64,000 bases of DNA, taken from the NCBI GenBank assembly GCA_027619975.1, contig JAQCGX010000009.1:5813-69812 (forward strand), in the 5' to 3' direction. Made by a program: the position numbers and the translations under genes. Under the pieces are notes generated by a model that had not been told where the DNA came from, made no database searches, and was given only the letters and a program-made list of their open reading frames with translations. The DNA comes from Nitrospinota bacterium. GTDB lineage: Bacteria; Nitrospinota; Nitrospinia; Nitrospinales; VA-1. Numbering within the stretch: the first letter of the stretch is position 1; each line of letters starts with the position of its first letter. Positions 19,391 through 29,243 of the stretch are shown here, piece after piece.

Positions 19391-20296
19391 ATGGCAGAGA
19401 AAATACAGGTCTCCCAAAAAAAAGGTGCGTCCTATGCTTACATGCTGGTCTCCTTGGCGATTCTGGCGTTCTTCATTGGGGTGTGGCATCTAAATACGCT
19501 TACAAAGGAGTTTGTTTCGGCCGGGCTTTCCGAAGATCAACTCACGGTCATGGAGTTTAATGGCGATATCATTCGTACCGAGGATGGCGGTTACGAGAAC
19601 AACCCAGCGAAAACCCAGGGGATCCCCGGCCCCCTTGCTGTTCTGAAATACTCGATCGATCAATTTTCACGCCCGTTCCACAAGAACGGCACCAATGATC
19701 ATGGTATCGGCCATTTGGTCACCTATACCATCAAACGGTTTTTCTCGGGATTTCTGATCGCCTCGGTGATAGGCATTTTCATCGGCGTGATCATCGGTCT
19801 CAATGCCGTGATCTATCAGGCGCTCAATCCGTTTTTTCAAATTCTGAAACCCATTTCTCCGCTGGCCTGGATGCCCCTGTTGCTGTACACGGTTAAGGAT
19901 CCTAAAATCACGGCGATCTTGGTGGTATTCATGGCGGCGATTTGGCCGACCATGGCCAATACCGCCTTTGGCGTTAAGTCGCTCAAGAAAGAGTACCTTC
20001 ATGTCGCCAGCATTTTGCAACTTTCCTGGTTTACCAAGTTGTTCAAGGTCGTCCTGCCCGGCGCGGCGCCGGCCATTGTTGCGGGGTTACGCATTTCGTT
20101 CGGCGCGGCACTGGTAGCCGTGGTGCCGGCGGAAATGCTGTTGGGCGAACTGGGAGTTGGATACCTGACCTGGATCGAGTGGAACAACCTGGACATCTCG
20201 GGGGTTCTCTTTGCCATCGGGGTTATAGGGGTCGTTGGTTGGTCCTTGGACATGCTTTTCAATAGCGTCGCTAATTCATTAACCTATTCGGAATAA
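19391..20296 (+). CDS. NrtB/CynB-type ABC transporter permease
   Basis: 301 aa, polytopic, with an EAA-like loop (TMANTAFGVKSLKKEY). Confidence 0.8.
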   Translation: MAEKIQVSQKKGASYAYMLVSLAILAFFIGVWHLNTLTKEFVSAGLSEDQLTVMEFNGDIIRTEDGGYENNPAKTQGIPGPLAVLKYSIDQFSRPFHKNGTNDHGIGHLVTYTIKRFFSGFLIASVIGIFIGVIIGLNAVIYQALNPFFQILKPISPLAWMPLLLYTVKDPKITAILVVFMAAIWPTMANTAFGVKSLKKEYLHVASILQLSWFTKLFKVVLPGAAPAIVAGLRISFGAALVAVVPAEMLLGELGVGYLTWIEWNNLDISGVLFAIGVIGVVGWSLDMLFNSVANSLTYSE

Positions 20297-20316
20297 CCAA
20301 GGGTAAAAATCGAACC

Positions 20317-21225
20317 ATGAGTTATCTTGAACTTTCAAAAATCTCCAAGTACTTTAACAATCCAGAAGGTGAGGGCGAACCGCTCTGTGTTTTCAAAGAT
20401 GTCGATTTGAAAATCAATGAAAGCGAGTTCATCACCGTTGTCGGTCATTCGGGTTGCGGTAAGAGCACCATGCTCAATATCATCGCGGGACTCGACGAAG
20501 CCTCCGAGGGTGGGGTGATTTTGGAAGGGAGAGAAGTGAACAGCCCTGGGTTGGACCGAAGCGTAGTGTTTCAAAACTTCGCGCTGATCCCGTGGATGAC
20601 GGTTTATCAGAATATCCGCCTAGCCGTGAAGGCCGCCAATCCTGACTGGAACAAGGATAAGATCAGGGAATACTCCTACAAGTACATCGACTTGGTCAAT
20701 CTTCGCCAAGCGGCCAATAAGCGGCCCTCCGCGCTTTCAGGTGGCATGAAACAGCGAGTCGGGCTGGCCAGGGCGTTTTGCATCAACCCCAAGGTCCTGC
20801 TGTTGGACGAACCCTTCGCTCAGATCGACGCCCTCACTCGGGGCGTCATCCAGGATGAACTTGTCGAAATGTGGAATGCCTCGAAAAATACGGTGTTCAT
20901 GGTCACTCATGATGTGGACGAGGCCATTCTTTTAAGCGACCGGGTGGTCTTGATGACGAACGGGCCCAACGCCCGCATCGGAGAAATCATCGAGATCGAT
21001 ATTCCGCGTCCGAGGGAGCGCACGACCATTATCGACCATCCCCACTATTACAAGATCCGGAACCACATCATTCATTTTCTTATAGAACGTTCGCAAAAAA
21101 TGTCCGGAGCCGCCAAATCCGATGCCGATGCCGAGCAGGCACCACCGCCGTCTGAGGGTTCGCGTGTGGTGCATTTTAGGGATGAAGCTTCGGAGTCTGA
21201 ACCCCATCTTCGGGCAATTCAATAA
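20317..21225 (+). CDS. NrtD/CynD-type ABC transporter ATP-binding protein
   Basis: 302 aa with Walker A GHSGCGKST, signature LSGGMKQR and Walker B LLLDEPF. Confidence 0.9.
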   Translation: MSYLELSKISKYFNNPEGEGEPLCVFKDVDLKINESEFITVVGHSGCGKSTMLNIIAGLDEASEGGVILEGREVNSPGLDRSVVFQNFALIPWMTVYQNIRLAVKAANPDWNKDKIREYSYKYIDLVNLRQAANKRPSALSGGMKQRVGLARAFCINPKVLLLDEPFAQIDALTRGVIQDELVEMWNASKNTVFMVTHDVDEAILLSDRVVLMTNGPNARIGEIIEIDIPRPRERTTIIDHPHYYKIRNHIIHFLIERSQKMSGAAKSDADAEQAPPPSEGSRVVHFRDEASESEPHLRAIQ

Positions 21226-21263
21226 GGTTTTAAACGTCATTTTCAATCAAAGGAGACTCACCG

Positions 21264-21716
21264 ATGGATAAAAAAGAACTGGTAAAAAAACTTCTGGAAG
21301 CTAAGGAGAAATCCGGGAAAACCTATGATCAGATCGCGGACAAGCTGGGAGTGGCCAACGGTTACGTGGCACAACTGTTTCAGGCGCAAGCGCAATTGAC
21401 ACCGCCGTTGGACAAGAAACTTAGTAGGGTGGTCCCCGGTTTGACCAAGGACCTGTTGAAGGAAATGTCCAAATGCCCCATGCGGTCCTACAATCCCACG
21501 CTCCTTCAGGAACCGAACGTTTACCGCATGACTGAAGTTTGCCTGCACTATGGCGAAGGCATCAAAGCCGTCATGAACGAGAAATTCGGCGACGGTATCA
21601 TGTCCGCAATCGATTTCCGGCTGACAATTGACAAGGTCAAGGGAGATAAAGGGGAGGATCGCATGGTCGTTACCATGAACGGCAAATTCCTGCCTCACAT
21701 CATCCAAACTATGTAG
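21264..21716 (+). CDS. cynS: cyanase (cyanate hydratase)
   Basis: 150 aa. The C-terminal half, NEKFGDGIMSAIDFRLTIDKV...MVVTMNGKFLPH, closely parallels E. coli CynS ([21 protein letters not shown]...AVITLDGKYLP). Confidence 0.9.
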   Translation: MDKKELVKKLLEAKEKSGKTYDQIADKLGVANGYVAQLFQAQAQLTPPLDKKLSRVVPGLTKDLLKEMSKCPMRSYNPTLLQEPNVYRMTEVCLHYGEGIKAVMNEKFGDGIMSAIDFRLTIDKVKGDKGEDRMVVTMNGKFLPHIIQTM

Positions 21717-21919
21717 GCGACCGCGGGTCTAACGGATTCAACCCTTAGTCGAAGCGGGCGAAAGAAGAAAAAATTCCTCCCCCTGATCCGCTCTCAAAAA
21801 CAGATCAAGATCATATACAAGATTTGGATCAAAAACCCAATGATTGGGGAGGAAAAAATGGGTAGAAAGTCCGTCGCACATTAATATTAGGTCCAGCTGC
21901 ACGCTGGTGGACCCGAGGG

Positions 21920-22030
21920 GGAAAACGTCGCCAATATGAATCTCGGTTTCTGTCAATCCGGTCACACTTAAATTTTCACCAAAAGCACCCGAAACTCAAT
22001 GCCTGTTTCAACTCCTTTTCCCAGAAAGGA
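21920..22030 (-). pseudogene. duplicated internal fragment of the MOSC gene
   Basis: The 111 bp are about 96% identical (3 substitutions, 1 indel) to 17136..17245 in the same orientation. The fragment encodes FWEKELKQALSFG.F..(frame break)..TGLTETE.HIGDVF, and similarity ends abruptly on both sides. Confidence 0.85.
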
Positions 22031-22079
22031 AGAGAGCCGTCTCTAAAAAAAGGTTTGGATTTATTGATGAGGGGAAATG

Positions 22080-22510
22080 CTATATCCAGCTGATTCCGGT
22101 GATAAAATTTCTGGAGCCAGCTTTTAAATTGGGCAGGGAGTATCCTCCTTCCTGCACAAGCATGGAGACAAAGCAAACATCCTTTCTTTCATAAAAAATA
22201 TTCTGGGTACCGTTTCCATGATGATAATCAATGTCCAGAACAGCCACTCGGTTTTCTTTCGATAAATAATGCGCGGCTATGGCGGTACTGTTCAGGTAAC
22301 AAAATCCTCCGAACACTCTTCGCTCGGCATGGTGGCCCGGCGGGCGGCACAGCACATAAACCAGATCCTGGGCCTGATGGAAATTTTTCCTATCTGCGCT
22401 GCATATTCGGGAGAATAAGGAAGAGAATCCTGATATAATTCTAATACCGCGCCCAGTCTTTCTTTGTCCCCGAGCGTCGAGACCTGATACAATCTGCGAA
22501 ACTGAATCAT
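22080..22510 (-). pseudogene. histone deacetylase/acetoin-utilisation (HDAC) family gene remnant
   Basis: One frame reads RPPGHHAERRVFGGFCYLNSTAIAA...LDIDYHHGNGTQNIFY...FVSM, then jumps directly to QEGGYSL. The roughly 130 aa normally between these motifs are missing. The upstream part is in another frame and too short. Confidence 0.65.
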
Positions 22511-22631
22511 GAGTTTTTCCCGTGTGATATTTTTTCTTTCCTAAACAGCGAATAATATAATATCTTCATAGAAACTATCTACAGATAAGATAGTCATGAT
22601 CAATTTCCATATTTCTCAGGTGAAAATATAA

Positions 22632-22976
22632 GTGGAGAGGCAAAAGCCGCAGGACCCGATTAAAAATTCCGCAAAAACCAGTTCCCCCGCAAAAAAAACC
22701 AAACTCACTCCCGTAAGGACCCTCGGCCCTGTTTCGGATCTGGAACGCCATCTCCCTCCGGAATGGTGGAAAGACATTTTCAATTCATTGTATTTGAAAA
22801 CTGACGGCGACGTGGTCGAAAACGATTTGAACACAGTCCGCGATATTGACTGGGTCATCAAAACCACGGGGATTCAACCAACAGACCATATTCTGGACAT
22901 GTGCTGCGGACAGGGACGGCATTCGCTGGAACTTTCTGGCCGGGGTTATCTGAATGTTTCGGGACTGGACCGGTAA
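22632..22976 (+). CDS. class I SAM-dependent methyltransferase, N-terminal part ending at an in-frame TAA
   Basis: Motif I is ILDMCCGQGRHS. The ORF ends ...GLDR-TAA (22974-22976), and the same frame continues as RYLVRLARKRAKRRGLKVQFSEGDA. Confidence 0.6.
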   Translation: MERQKPQDPIKNSAKTSSPAKKTKLTPVRTLGPVSDLERHLPPEWWKDIFNSLYLKTDGDVVENDLNTVRDIDWVIKTTGIQPTDHILDMCCGQGRHSLELSGRGYLNVSGLDR

Positions 22977-23021
22977 CGGTATCTGGTCCGGCTGGCACGC
23001 AAACGGGCCAAACGGCGCGGG

Positions 23022-24569
23022 TTGAAAGTCCAGTTTTCCGAAGGCGACGCACGCAAACTCAGCAGTCTGGAAAGCTCCAAAGACTGCATCATCGTGATGG
23101 GCAATTCATTTGGATATTTTGAGCGTGAAGAAGATGACATTTCAATATTGGAGTCCATCAAGCACAGCCTCAAATCGGAAGGCAGGCTGGTACTCGATAT
23201 CGTCGACGGGGTATGGATGGCAACGAATTTTGAACCCCGGTCCTGGGAGTGGATCGACAAAACCCACTTCGTTAACCGGGAACGGTCCTTGACTCAGGAC
23301 CGAAAGCGCATCATTTCGCGCGAGGTGATCACAAATTCCGAGATCGGCGTCCTGGCCGACCAGTTTTACGCAGAGCGGCTTTACACCTTTGATGAAATCA
23401 CCCAACTTCTTACGAAGCTGGGTTTCACCCACATACAATCCCACGGCAACCTAGTTTCGGAGTCCACGCGCGGACAGGATCTGGGCATGATGGCTAACAG
23501 GCTGTTCATCACCGCCATGGGCCCGGTCAAAATCGCCGCCAAACCCCCGGCAAAAAAAGAAACCCGTCTCGTCACTGTTCTCATGGGGGATCCACGTCTT
23601 CCCGATACCGTTAAAAAAGACGGCAAGTTCAATGAAGAGGACATAGAGACCATCAATATTCTTAAACGCAATCTTGAGAAACTCTCGGAATATAAATTCA
23701 CCTATCTCGACGATCATAAATCAATTATCAAGCAAATCACCAGCAAGTCTCCCGGACTGGTCCTGAATTTGTGCGATGAAGGTTACAACAATGATCCCAC
23801 CAGGGAGTTGCATATCCCCGCCCTTCTGGAACTTTTGGATGTCCCTTATACCGGGGCGGGGCCAGGATGCCTCTGGCTTTGCTACAACAAGGCCAACGTC
23901 AGAGCTCTCGCCCAGAGTCTGGACGTGAGCGTTCCGATGGAAACGTATTTTGACCCTAACGATCATGCGGCCAACCTGCCTTCGTATTTTCCCGCGTTGC
24001 TCAAGCCCAATTGCGGTGACAGCTCAATCGGCATCACCCCTAAAGCAGTGGTTCATAACGCAGAGGAATTGCTCAGTTACCTGGATTATTTACGGGAAAT
24101 CCTTCCGGGCGTTCCCATCCTCATACAGGAATATCTTCAGGGTGCTGAATACAGCGTCAGCCTGATCGGCAATGCAGATAAGTTTGAGGTTCTGCCCATA
24201 CTGGAAGTAGATTACAGCGATTTGCTCCCGAATTTACCGCCGATTTTGTCTTACGATTCCAAATGGCTCCCGGATTCGCCTTACTGGAATCGCATCCATT
24301 ACAAGGAAGCGAAACTGGACGAGGAGAACTATCGCAAGCTGATGAACTTTTCGAGCCGGTTGTTCGAACGATTGGAGTGCAAGGATTATGCCCGCTTCGA
24401 TTACCGCGCCGACGCGGAGGGAAACATCAAACTTCTGGAAGTCAATCCGAACCCGGGCTGGTGCTGGGACGGTAAATTGAACCTCATGGCCGGGTTTGCG
24501 GGTATGGAATACTGGCAACTTCTTGAGATGATTCTCCAGGCCGCGAGAGAAAGAATTGCTGGGAGTTGA
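23022..24569 (+). CDS. methyltransferase C-terminal part fused to a D-Ala-D-Ala-ligase-like ATP-grasp domain
   Basis: It is in the same frame as 22632..22976. The methyltransferase post-motif region is DCIIVMGNSFGYF...EGRLVLDI. The ATP-grasp region follows: LKPNCGDSSIGI, LIQEYLQGAEYSVSLIG, ARFDYR...LLEVNPNPG. Confidence 0.7.
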   Translation: MKVQFSEGDARKLSSLESSKDCIIVMGNSFGYFEREEDDISILESIKHSLKSEGRLVLDIVDGVWMATNFEPRSWEWIDKTHFVNRERSLTQDRKRIISREVITNSEIGVLADQFYAERLYTFDEITQLLTKLGFTHIQSHGNLVSESTRGQDLGMMANRLFITAMGPVKIAAKPPAKKETRLVTVLMGDPRLPDTVKKDGKFNEEDIETINILKRNLEKLSEYKFTYLDDHKSIIKQITSKSPGLVLNLCDEGYNNDPTRELHIPALLELLDVPYTGAGPGCLWLCYNKANVRALAQSLDVSVPMETYFDPNDHAANLPSYFPALLKPNCGDSSIGITPKAVVHNAEELLSYLDYLREILPGVPILIQEYLQGAEYSVSLIGNADKFEVLPILEVDYSDLLPNLPPILSYDSKWLPDSPYWNRIHYKEAKLDEENYRKLMNFSSRLFERLECKDYARFDYRADAEGNIKLLEVNPNPGWCWDGKLNLMAGFAGMEYWQLLEMILQAARERIAGS

Positions 24570-24603
24570 TGTTGACCCGGTATTTTCTCCATAGTGTCGG
24601 AAA

Positions 24604-26100
24604 ATGAGTTTCACTCCCTACCAGCACCTTGAAAAACGTTTCAAACGGGTTGAGGTTCTCCGCAGCATCACTCACCTTTTGCGGTGGGATGCCGAAGTTC
24701 TGATGCCCCTGGGCAGTACAGGCATTCGTGCGGAACAATTGGCGTTGCTGGATACGGAATGCACGGCTATTCTCCTCTCCAAAAAAACTGCCGTGCTCCT
24801 GGATCGGGTCGAGTCCATCACCTATTCCCTGGATGATTGGCAGGAGGCCAATGTCCGGGAAATGCGCCGCCATTGGCAGCACGCCAATGCCATTCCCAAA
24901 CGGCTGACCAACTCCCTGCACCGGGCCACCACCAAAGCTGAGGTGGTCTGGAGACAGGCCTGTCAGGAAAACAACTTCAAAATATTATCTCCACATCTTG
25001 ATAGAGTAGTTGAAATTGTTCGTGAAAAGGCTCACTCGATGGGAGATGCCTTGAACTGTCTGCCTTACGATGCCCTGCTTGAAGAACATGATCCCGGCAG
25101 AAATACGTCCGAAATAGAATCCATATTTCAGCAACTGGGCTTGCACCTGCCACCATTAATCGACCAGATAATAAATAAACAGGCCGCAAATCCCCCGCAA
25201 GTCATTCGTGAAAAAATTTCAAAAGGAAAACAAAAAGACCTCAGCAAGCATCTGATGAAGAAAATGGGTTTCCCTTTTGACAAAGGCAGGCTGGATGAAA
25301 GCCTGCACCCGTTCACCGAAGGCACCTCGGAAGATCTCCGCATCACCTCATTGTTTGCGGAACACGACTTCCTGCCAGGGTTGATGGGGATCCTTCACGA
25401 AACCGGCCATGCCATGTATGATTTTGGATTGCCCTCTAAATGGTTCTTTCAACCGGTGGGTCGCGATCGTGGAATGACCGTGCATGAAAGCCAGGCACTG
25501 CTTCTGGAAATGATGATAGGGCGAACTCAGGAATTTATGATCTTCGCCGCCCCGAGCCTGGTAAAAATTTTTGGAGTTTCCGGGGTTGCCTGGGAACCCG
25601 AAAACCTGTTTCGAATTGCAACCCAGGTAAAAAGAAGTTTTAACCGGATGAACGCAGACGAGGTAACCTATCCCCTGCATATTCTGATGAGATATGAATT
25701 GGAAAAGGAAATATTTTCAGGATCGCTGCGTATAAAGGATTTACCCGAAGCCTGGAATGAAAAATTCAGACAACGGATGGGCATCATTCCCGACAACTGC
25801 AACCAAGGGTGCTTGCAGGATTCACACTGGCCGGCGGGGTATTTCGGGTACTTTTCAACTTATGCCCTGGGAGCCATCATGGCGGCACAGCTTTTCAGCA
25901 CCCTGAAAAAAGAGCAGCCCCATATCATGTCCGAAATTCAACAAGGAACTTTTGAGACCTTATTCAGTTGGTTGAACAGTAAAGTTTATCAGCATGGTGC
26001 AAAATTATCGAGCCAGGAACTCTTGCAACAAGCCACTGGGGAACAATTGAATCCCACCTCATATTTAAAATATTTACGGGAAAAATATCTCGGTGCATAA
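24604..26100 (+). CDS. carboxypeptidase Taq-like M32 metallocarboxypeptidase
   Basis: 498 aa with the HPF motif (SLHPFTEG), the zinc site HETGHAMY, and HESQALLLE. Confidence 0.88.
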   Translation: MSFTPYQHLEKRFKRVEVLRSITHLLRWDAEVLMPLGSTGIRAEQLALLDTECTAILLSKKTAVLLDRVESITYSLDDWQEANVREMRRHWQHANAIPKRLTNSLHRATTKAEVVWRQACQENNFKILSPHLDRVVEIVREKAHSMGDALNCLPYDALLEEHDPGRNTSEIESIFQQLGLHLPPLIDQIINKQAANPPQVIREKISKGKQKDLSKHLMKKMGFPFDKGRLDESLHPFTEGTSEDLRITSLFAEHDFLPGLMGILHETGHAMYDFGLPSKWFFQPVGRDRGMTVHESQALLLEMMIGRTQEFMIFAAPSLVKIFGVSGVAWEPENLFRIATQVKRSFNRMNADEVTYPLHILMRYELEKEIFSGSLRIKDLPEAWNEKFRQRMGIIPDNCNQGCLQDSHWPAGYFGYFSTYALGAIMAAQLFSTLKKEQPHIMSEIQQGTFETLFSWLNSKVYQHGAKLSSQELLQQATGEQLNPTSYLKYLREKYLGA

Positions 26101-26144
26101 AATGATCCCTTTAATATCTTACAAGAATTAAAGATTGGATTATT

Positions 26145-28097
26145 CTATTCGCCCCCACCCATTTCCTGAGGATTGAAAAACTGATAACAGTTTTTTCCCT
26201 GTTTTTTGGCGAGATACAGGGCATCGTCTGCATGTTTTAAAAGGGTGGTGCTGTTTTCCCCATCCCTGGGATAAAGAGCGACCCCCACACTGAGGGTGAT
26301 CCTGAGTTCATGCTCCTGAATATGCAAAGGCTGGCTCACCGCATGCAGGAGCTTTTTTGCCAGTTGGTCGACATCGCTTGGAGAATTGATTTCCGGTAAC
26401 AGGAGAATAAATTCATCGCCTCCCAATCGTGCGACGGTGTCCTGATTACGAAGGCAATTTTTTAATCGTGCCCCGATCCCCTTTAACACCTGATCCCCCA
26501 CTCCATGCCCCAAATTATCATTTATCTTTTTAAAATGATCAAAATCAAGAAATAAAACCGCCAACAGGCTCTGACTGCGTTGCGCCTGGGCCAATGCCAT
26601 TTCGAGTCGGTCATTAAGCAAAATACGATTGGGAAGTCCCGTCAATGCATCGTGATAGGCCATATTCCTGATCAGACCCTCCGTTCGCTTCCGCTCCAAC
26701 TCCGCCCCTGCCCTGGCCGCAAATAGTTTCAGAATAGACAGGGTCCGTTGTCGATCGGCCATGGGTTTTTCGTCCATGATCGACAAATGCCCGATGATCT
26801 TACACTTGGAGTCAAAACAGGGAACCGCCGCATAACTTCTGATGTCTCCGGTTGAGAAACTCAAATGACCATTGAAATTATTCTGTGTGGAATCAGGATT
26901 GAAAGAAACCATTCCTGCCAGCACATCTTCAAAAGGAGTATTTTTAATGGTAAACATTTGATCTCTTAAAAATTCGCCGTCATTCCAACCCGCTACAATA
27001 GAACATTCCGATGAGTTGTAACCCAACATTTCAGACACAAAAACTTTACTAACCCGGAGCGCCGTCGCGAGATGGCTAACAAGGGACTGAAAAAAATCAT
27101 CTCCCACTCGCGAGGAGGTCCCTTCTATAATGGAATGGAAGGCCGTCTCATCATTGTGACGCCGAATCTCACACCCAATATTCGCCGCCACAGCTTTTAA
27201 AAGAGATTCTTCATTCTTGGACCATTTCCTTTCGGATTGAGAATCTCCAAAGGTGATGAATCCCCAAAATGCTTCATCAATAATTACAGGAACCAATGAG
27301 AGCAATGAAATGCCCCGCTGTTGAATAGTTTCCGCAATTTTTTGGGGTAAGTCTTTTACCAGAATTTGAACAAAATTATCCGCCTTCAAAGAATTAAAGC
27401 AGTCTTCCATTTGTAAATTTTGAACCGTTTGGTTATGAAAGGAACCCTCAAGGTTTTCTTTGCGAACGGGCCCCTGATTCCAGAAAAAACATTTTACAAA
27501 TTTTTTCGATCCATTGGCGCCTTCATTACCCTGGTAAATTTCAACAATTTTTACTTTCAATGCCTTACCCAGAATATCCAGAGCTTTTGCAATTGCCTCC
27601 TGATGATTTTTTAAAATCAATAAACAATTTGTAGCGTCTGAAATGGCTTGCAACAACTGGTCCTGTACGCTTAAGGTATTTTCAGCCCTACGGCGCTGGT
27701 CGGCCTCCTCATGAATTCTGAGGGCCTGATGAATCGCATGGGATAAAGATTTAGCAGACAAACTCGACTTTCCAAGGTAATCGGTGGCTCCGGATTTCAT
27801 AACTTCAACGGCTATTTCTTCATCCCCCTGGCCTGTCAGGAAGATAATGGGAAGGGTATAACCCTTTTCCCGGACACTGCGTAGCAACTCCAACCCATTC
27901 TTTTCCCCCAGCCGGAAATCAAAAAAGCAAAAATTATAGTCGTTATTTTCAAGGTGGGATAAAGCATCGGAGGCGGAAGAAGCCCAGTCAAAATGTAGAT
28001 TTGTGGCGGGGAATCCATCTCGAATGAATTCTCTGATCAGGATGACATCGTCTTCATCATCTTCCGCGAGTAATATTTTTAGATTTGGAAACTGCAT
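26145..28097 (-). CDS. response regulator receiver - GAF - GAF - GGDEF diguanylate cyclase
   Basis: 650 aa with an N-terminal REC domain (LLAEDDEDD...IIFLTGQGDE). The central region is GAF-like. The C-terminus carries RLGGDEF. Confidence 0.85.
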   Translation of the reverse strand: MQFPNLKILLAEDDEDDVILIREFIRDGFPATNLHFDWASSASDALSHLENNDYNFCFFDFRLGEKNGLELLRSVREKGYTLPIIFLTGQGDEEIAVEVMKSGATDYLGKSSLSAKSLSHAIHQALRIHEEADQRRRAENTLSVQDQLLQAISDATNCLLILKNHQEAIAKALDILGKALKVKIVEIYQGNEGANGSKKFVKCFFWNQGPVRKENLEGSFHNQTVQNLQMEDCFNSLKADNFVQILVKDLPQKIAETIQQRGISLLSLVPVIIDEAFWGFITFGDSQSERKWSKNEESLLKAVAANIGCEIRRHNDETAFHSIIEGTSSRVGDDFFQSLVSHLATALRVSKVFVSEMLGYNSSECSIVAGWNDGEFLRDQMFTIKNTPFEDVLAGMVSFNPDSTQNNFNGHLSFSTGDIRSYAAVPCFDSKCKIIGHLSIMDEKPMADRQRTLSILKLFAARAGAELERKRTEGLIRNMAYHDALTGLPNRILLNDRLEMALAQAQRSQSLLAVLFLDFDHFKKINDNLGHGVGDQVLKGIGARLKNCLRNQDTVARLGGDEFILLLPEINSPSDVDQLAKKLLHAVSQPLHIQEHELRITLSVGVALYPRDGENSTTLLKHADDALYLAKKQGKNCYQFFNPQEMGGGE

Positions 28098-28247
28098 ATG
28101 TGGGGATATTAAATTTTGAGTTGGAGAGCCTTTCTTTAATGTTAATTACTATTTGAAATAAAATCAATTAATTCCAAAATGATGGAGCCTTTGACAACAA
28201 GCAAAGCAATTGAAAAAACACCACTTGTCTTCTAATTGAGTTTTATT

Positions 28248-29222
28248 TCAAAGCATCCACAAATACATGAAATGCGGGGATAACTTATCCAGATTGAGGC
28301 CCAGGTCGATATTTATTAAATTGACAGTCGGGGACGCAGGCAATGCGGAGTAGACGCTAGACTTGTACTCTCCGGGCCGGTGATAGGTAACCACTTTGAT
28401 TTCGGACACTCCAAGCTCCTTCTTGATGAGATCCAAAGTATCGTCAAGGTAGCCAATTTTATCGATCAACTTTGCATCCAAAGCCTGCTTCGCATTATAG
28501 ACCCTGCCATCTGCAAGCGGTTTCACTTGCGCCAACTCAAGGCCCGGTCGATTCTCGGCGATCACTTCTACAAAACGGTTGTGAAAACTATCGATGGTAA
28601 ACTGAAACAACTTCAATTCTTCTTCAGTCAGAGGACGCAGAGGAGAAAGGAAATCTTTTTTATCACCCGATTTAACGACTTCCCAATCAACGCCAATTTT
28701 TTTCATCAATCCATCAACATTGACCTTCATGGCAATGACCCCGATGCTCCCCGCCAGCGACGTTGGATGCCCCATGATGGTGTCGCCAGCCATCGCAATA
28801 TAGTATCCACCTGAAGCCGCAAGATCGACAATCGATACGTAAACTTTTATTTTTTTCTTTTCTTTAAATCTCTTAATCTCATGATAAATAATATCGCTGG
28901 AAGTCACCGTGCCGCCGGGGCTGTTAATTCGCAAAAGCAGGGCTTTGATATTGTCATCCTCCTCAGCCTTCATCAAACTTTCACGAACTCTTTCAACCAT
29001 TCCCATTTTTATCGGAAATCCCGTGAGAGAGCGCTCCGACTTATTACTTATGAGGCCCTGGATATCCATCAAAAGAACCTTATCGGCCCCCTTGCCCATA
29101 ATGACTTTTTCTTCAAACGGCTTTATTGAGGGGCCCAGATTAAACGACGCGCATCCGCTAGCTGTCATCATCAGCATTAAAATAATAATGTTTTTAAAAC
29201 CCAGCCTCATTGATTTAGCCAC
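28248..29222 (-). CDS. sppA: signal peptide peptidase SppA, 36K type (S49)
   Basis: 324 aa with INSPGGTV, AASGGYYIA, and GSIGV containing the catalytic Ser context. Confidence 0.85.
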   Translation of the reverse strand: MAKSMRLGFKNIIILMLMMTASGCASFNLGPSIKPFEEKVIMGKGADKVLLMDIQGLISNKSERSLTGFPIKMGMVERVRESLMKAEEDDNIKALLLRINSPGGTVTSSDIIYHEIKRFKEKKKIKVYVSIVDLAASGGYYIAMAGDTIMGHPTSLAGSIGVIAMKVNVDGLMKKIGVDWEVVKSGDKKDFLSPLRPLTEEELKLFQFTIDSFHNRFVEVIAENRPGLELAQVKPLADGRVYNAKQALDAKLIDKIGYLDDTLDLIKKELGVSEIKVVTYHRPGEYKSSVYSALPASPTVNLINIDLGLNLDKLSPHFMYLWML

Positions 29223-29243
29223 GCTTCCCTCGATTTAATGGTT

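Noticed and set aside
21258-21707. 149-aa minus-strand ORF
   Set aside because: It mirrors cynS almost exactly. The cynS translation matches cyanase, and this one matches nothing.
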